This document shows positions 63,006-64,000 of a DNA stretch of 64,000 nucleotides, piece after piece; positions within the stretch are counted from its first letter, which is position 1, and every line of letters begins with the position of its first letter. A model generated the notes under the pieces. The model made no database searches, had not been told where the DNA came from, and saw nothing but the letters and a program-made list of their open reading frames with translations. The stretch comes from an uncultured delta proteobacterium. Lineage in GTDB: Bacteria; Desulfobacterota; Syntrophorhabdia; Syntrophorhabdales; WCHB1-27. The translations under genes and the position numbers were made by a program. Where the stretch lies: assembly GCA_963810935.1 (NCBI GenBank), contig CAWEPK010000008.1:416001-480000 (forward strand), given 5' to 3'.

Positions 63006-63050
63006 ACTGTCGACATAGATTTACATACCTGATGAAGCGCGTACGAAAAA

Positions 63051-63179
63051 GAGCGGCAAGTATGAGGATGCAGATTTCGCCGAGCGCAAGCCCGAGGAAC
63101 GGAGGCGTACTCTTTGTGTACGTCGGAGTCCCGCAGGGCGCCGCGCGACGCGAAAGATGCGCCTCAGACGCAGCCGCCC
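63051..63179 (+). repeat. ~125-nt hairpin-forming intergenic repeat, diverged copy C
   Basis: Long imperfect hairpin with apex GGCGTACTCTTTGTGTACGTC and CGACGCGAAAGATGCG, both shared with copy A. Confidence 0.7.
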
Positions 63180-63182
63180 AAC

Positions 63183-64000
63183 TTACTTTTCCGCAGCCTC
63201 TCTCTCCCGGTTCGCCTGCTCCACTACTTTCGGTGCAATATGCGCCGGCACCTCTTCATAATGCGAATACTCCATCGTGAACGTGCCCCTGCCGCCTGTC
63301 ATCGACCGAAGATCGGGCGCGTACCTGAGCATCTCCGCCATAGGCACGACCGCCTTGACGATCTGGTTGCTGCCTTTTGCTTCTACGCCCATTATTTTGC
63401 CGCGCCGGGAGTTCATGTCGCCCATAATGTCGCCGACGAACTCTTCCGGCACTATCACTTCAACTTTCATGATGGGTTCGAGGAGCGTCGGCTGCGACAT
63501 CTCCATGCCTTTTTTGAAGCCCATCGAAGCGGCGATCTTGAACGCCATATCGGAGGAATCGACCTCGTGGTAGGAGCCGTCGTACACGGTGGCCCTGAAG
63601 TCCGTCGTCGGGTATCCCGCAAGGATGCCATGGATCATTGCCTCGACGATGCCCTTTTCAACCGACGGTATATAATTCCTGGGGATCGATCCGCCCACGA
63701 TCTTGTCGACGAACTCGAAGCCCGCGCCGTGAGGCAGCGGCTCGAACTCGAGCCAGCAGTCGCCGTACTGGCCTTTACCGCCCGATTGCTTCTTATATTT
63801 GCCCTGGACCTTCGTCCGCCCCTTTATCGTCTCCTTATACGGCACCTTCGGCTCACGCAGCTCGACATCGACGCCGAACTTCCTTTTCATCCTCGCCACG
63901 AGGACCTCGATATGTATCTGCCCCATGCCGGAGATGATGAATTCTTTGGTCTGCTCGTCGCGTGAATACCTGATGCTCGGGTCTTCCTCGATGAGTCTCT
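63183..64000 (-). CDS. fusA: Elongation factor G, 3' part (partial; not followed by tuf, so possibly a paralog)
   Basis: KKQSGGKGQYG, DGSYHEVDSS, LLEPIM and LRSMTGGRG. Confidence 0.93.
   Translation of the reverse strand, partial: RLIEEDPSIRYSRDEQTKEFIISGMGQIHIEVLVARMKRKFGVDVELREPKVPYKETIKGRTKVQGKYKKQSGGKGQYGDCWLEFEPLPHGAGFEFVDKIVGGSIPRNYIPSVEKGIVEAMIHGILAGYPTTDFRATVYDGSYHEVDSSDMAFKIAASMGFKKGMEMSQPTLLEPIMKVEVIVPEEFVGDIMGDMNSRRGKIMGVEAKGSNQIVKAVVPMAEMLRYAPDLRSMTGGRGTFTMEYSHYEEVPAHIAPKVVEQANREREAAEK

Noticed and set aside
1..64000. CRISPR array, rRNA, tRNA, transposase
   Set aside because: No regularly spaced direct repeats, cloverleaf/T-loop signatures or transposase motifs were recognised by eye; tRNAscan-SE and cmscan would be needed to exclude them fully.

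Overview
GC-rich bacterial chromosome segment. Gene content and order (ftsH-folP-cdaA-cdaR-pdxJ-acpS-nnr-tsaE-lysC-cimA, cobA/hemD fusion, PEP-CTERM-type proteins) suggest an anaerobic deltaproteobacterium (Desulfobacterota, possibly Syntrophorhabdus-like; inference only). Most of it is housekeeping DNA: dnaK-lon, mnmG-carAB, menA, rlmD, aas, ABC-F, dtd and a partial fusA. It also carries three type II toxin-antitoxin modules with palindromic operators, a sigma54-type Lpp/OprI plus two L,D-transpeptidase cluster and a surface-protein cluster. The best finding is an unannotated tryptophan attenuator at 14804-15012. It has a leaderless 19-aa leader peptide with Trp-Trp-Trp, complete 1:2/2:3/3:4 pairings and a second coupled terminator. 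It controls a 56-aa orphan ORF just upstream of dnaK-lon rather than trp genes. Other findings: an AT-richer two-gene island (YaaC-like plus lantibiotic-dehydratase-C-like) bracketed by inverted copies of a ~125-nt hairpin repeat; four single-base frameshifts that all fall at or beside AGCT; a CobD-like protein lacking the PLP lysine; a stand-alone copy of the CimA regulatory domain; and a Spinster-like MFS coupled to aas. No rRNA, tRNA, CRISPR array, integrase or transposase was recognised. All family assignments are from motif recognition by eye, not database searches.
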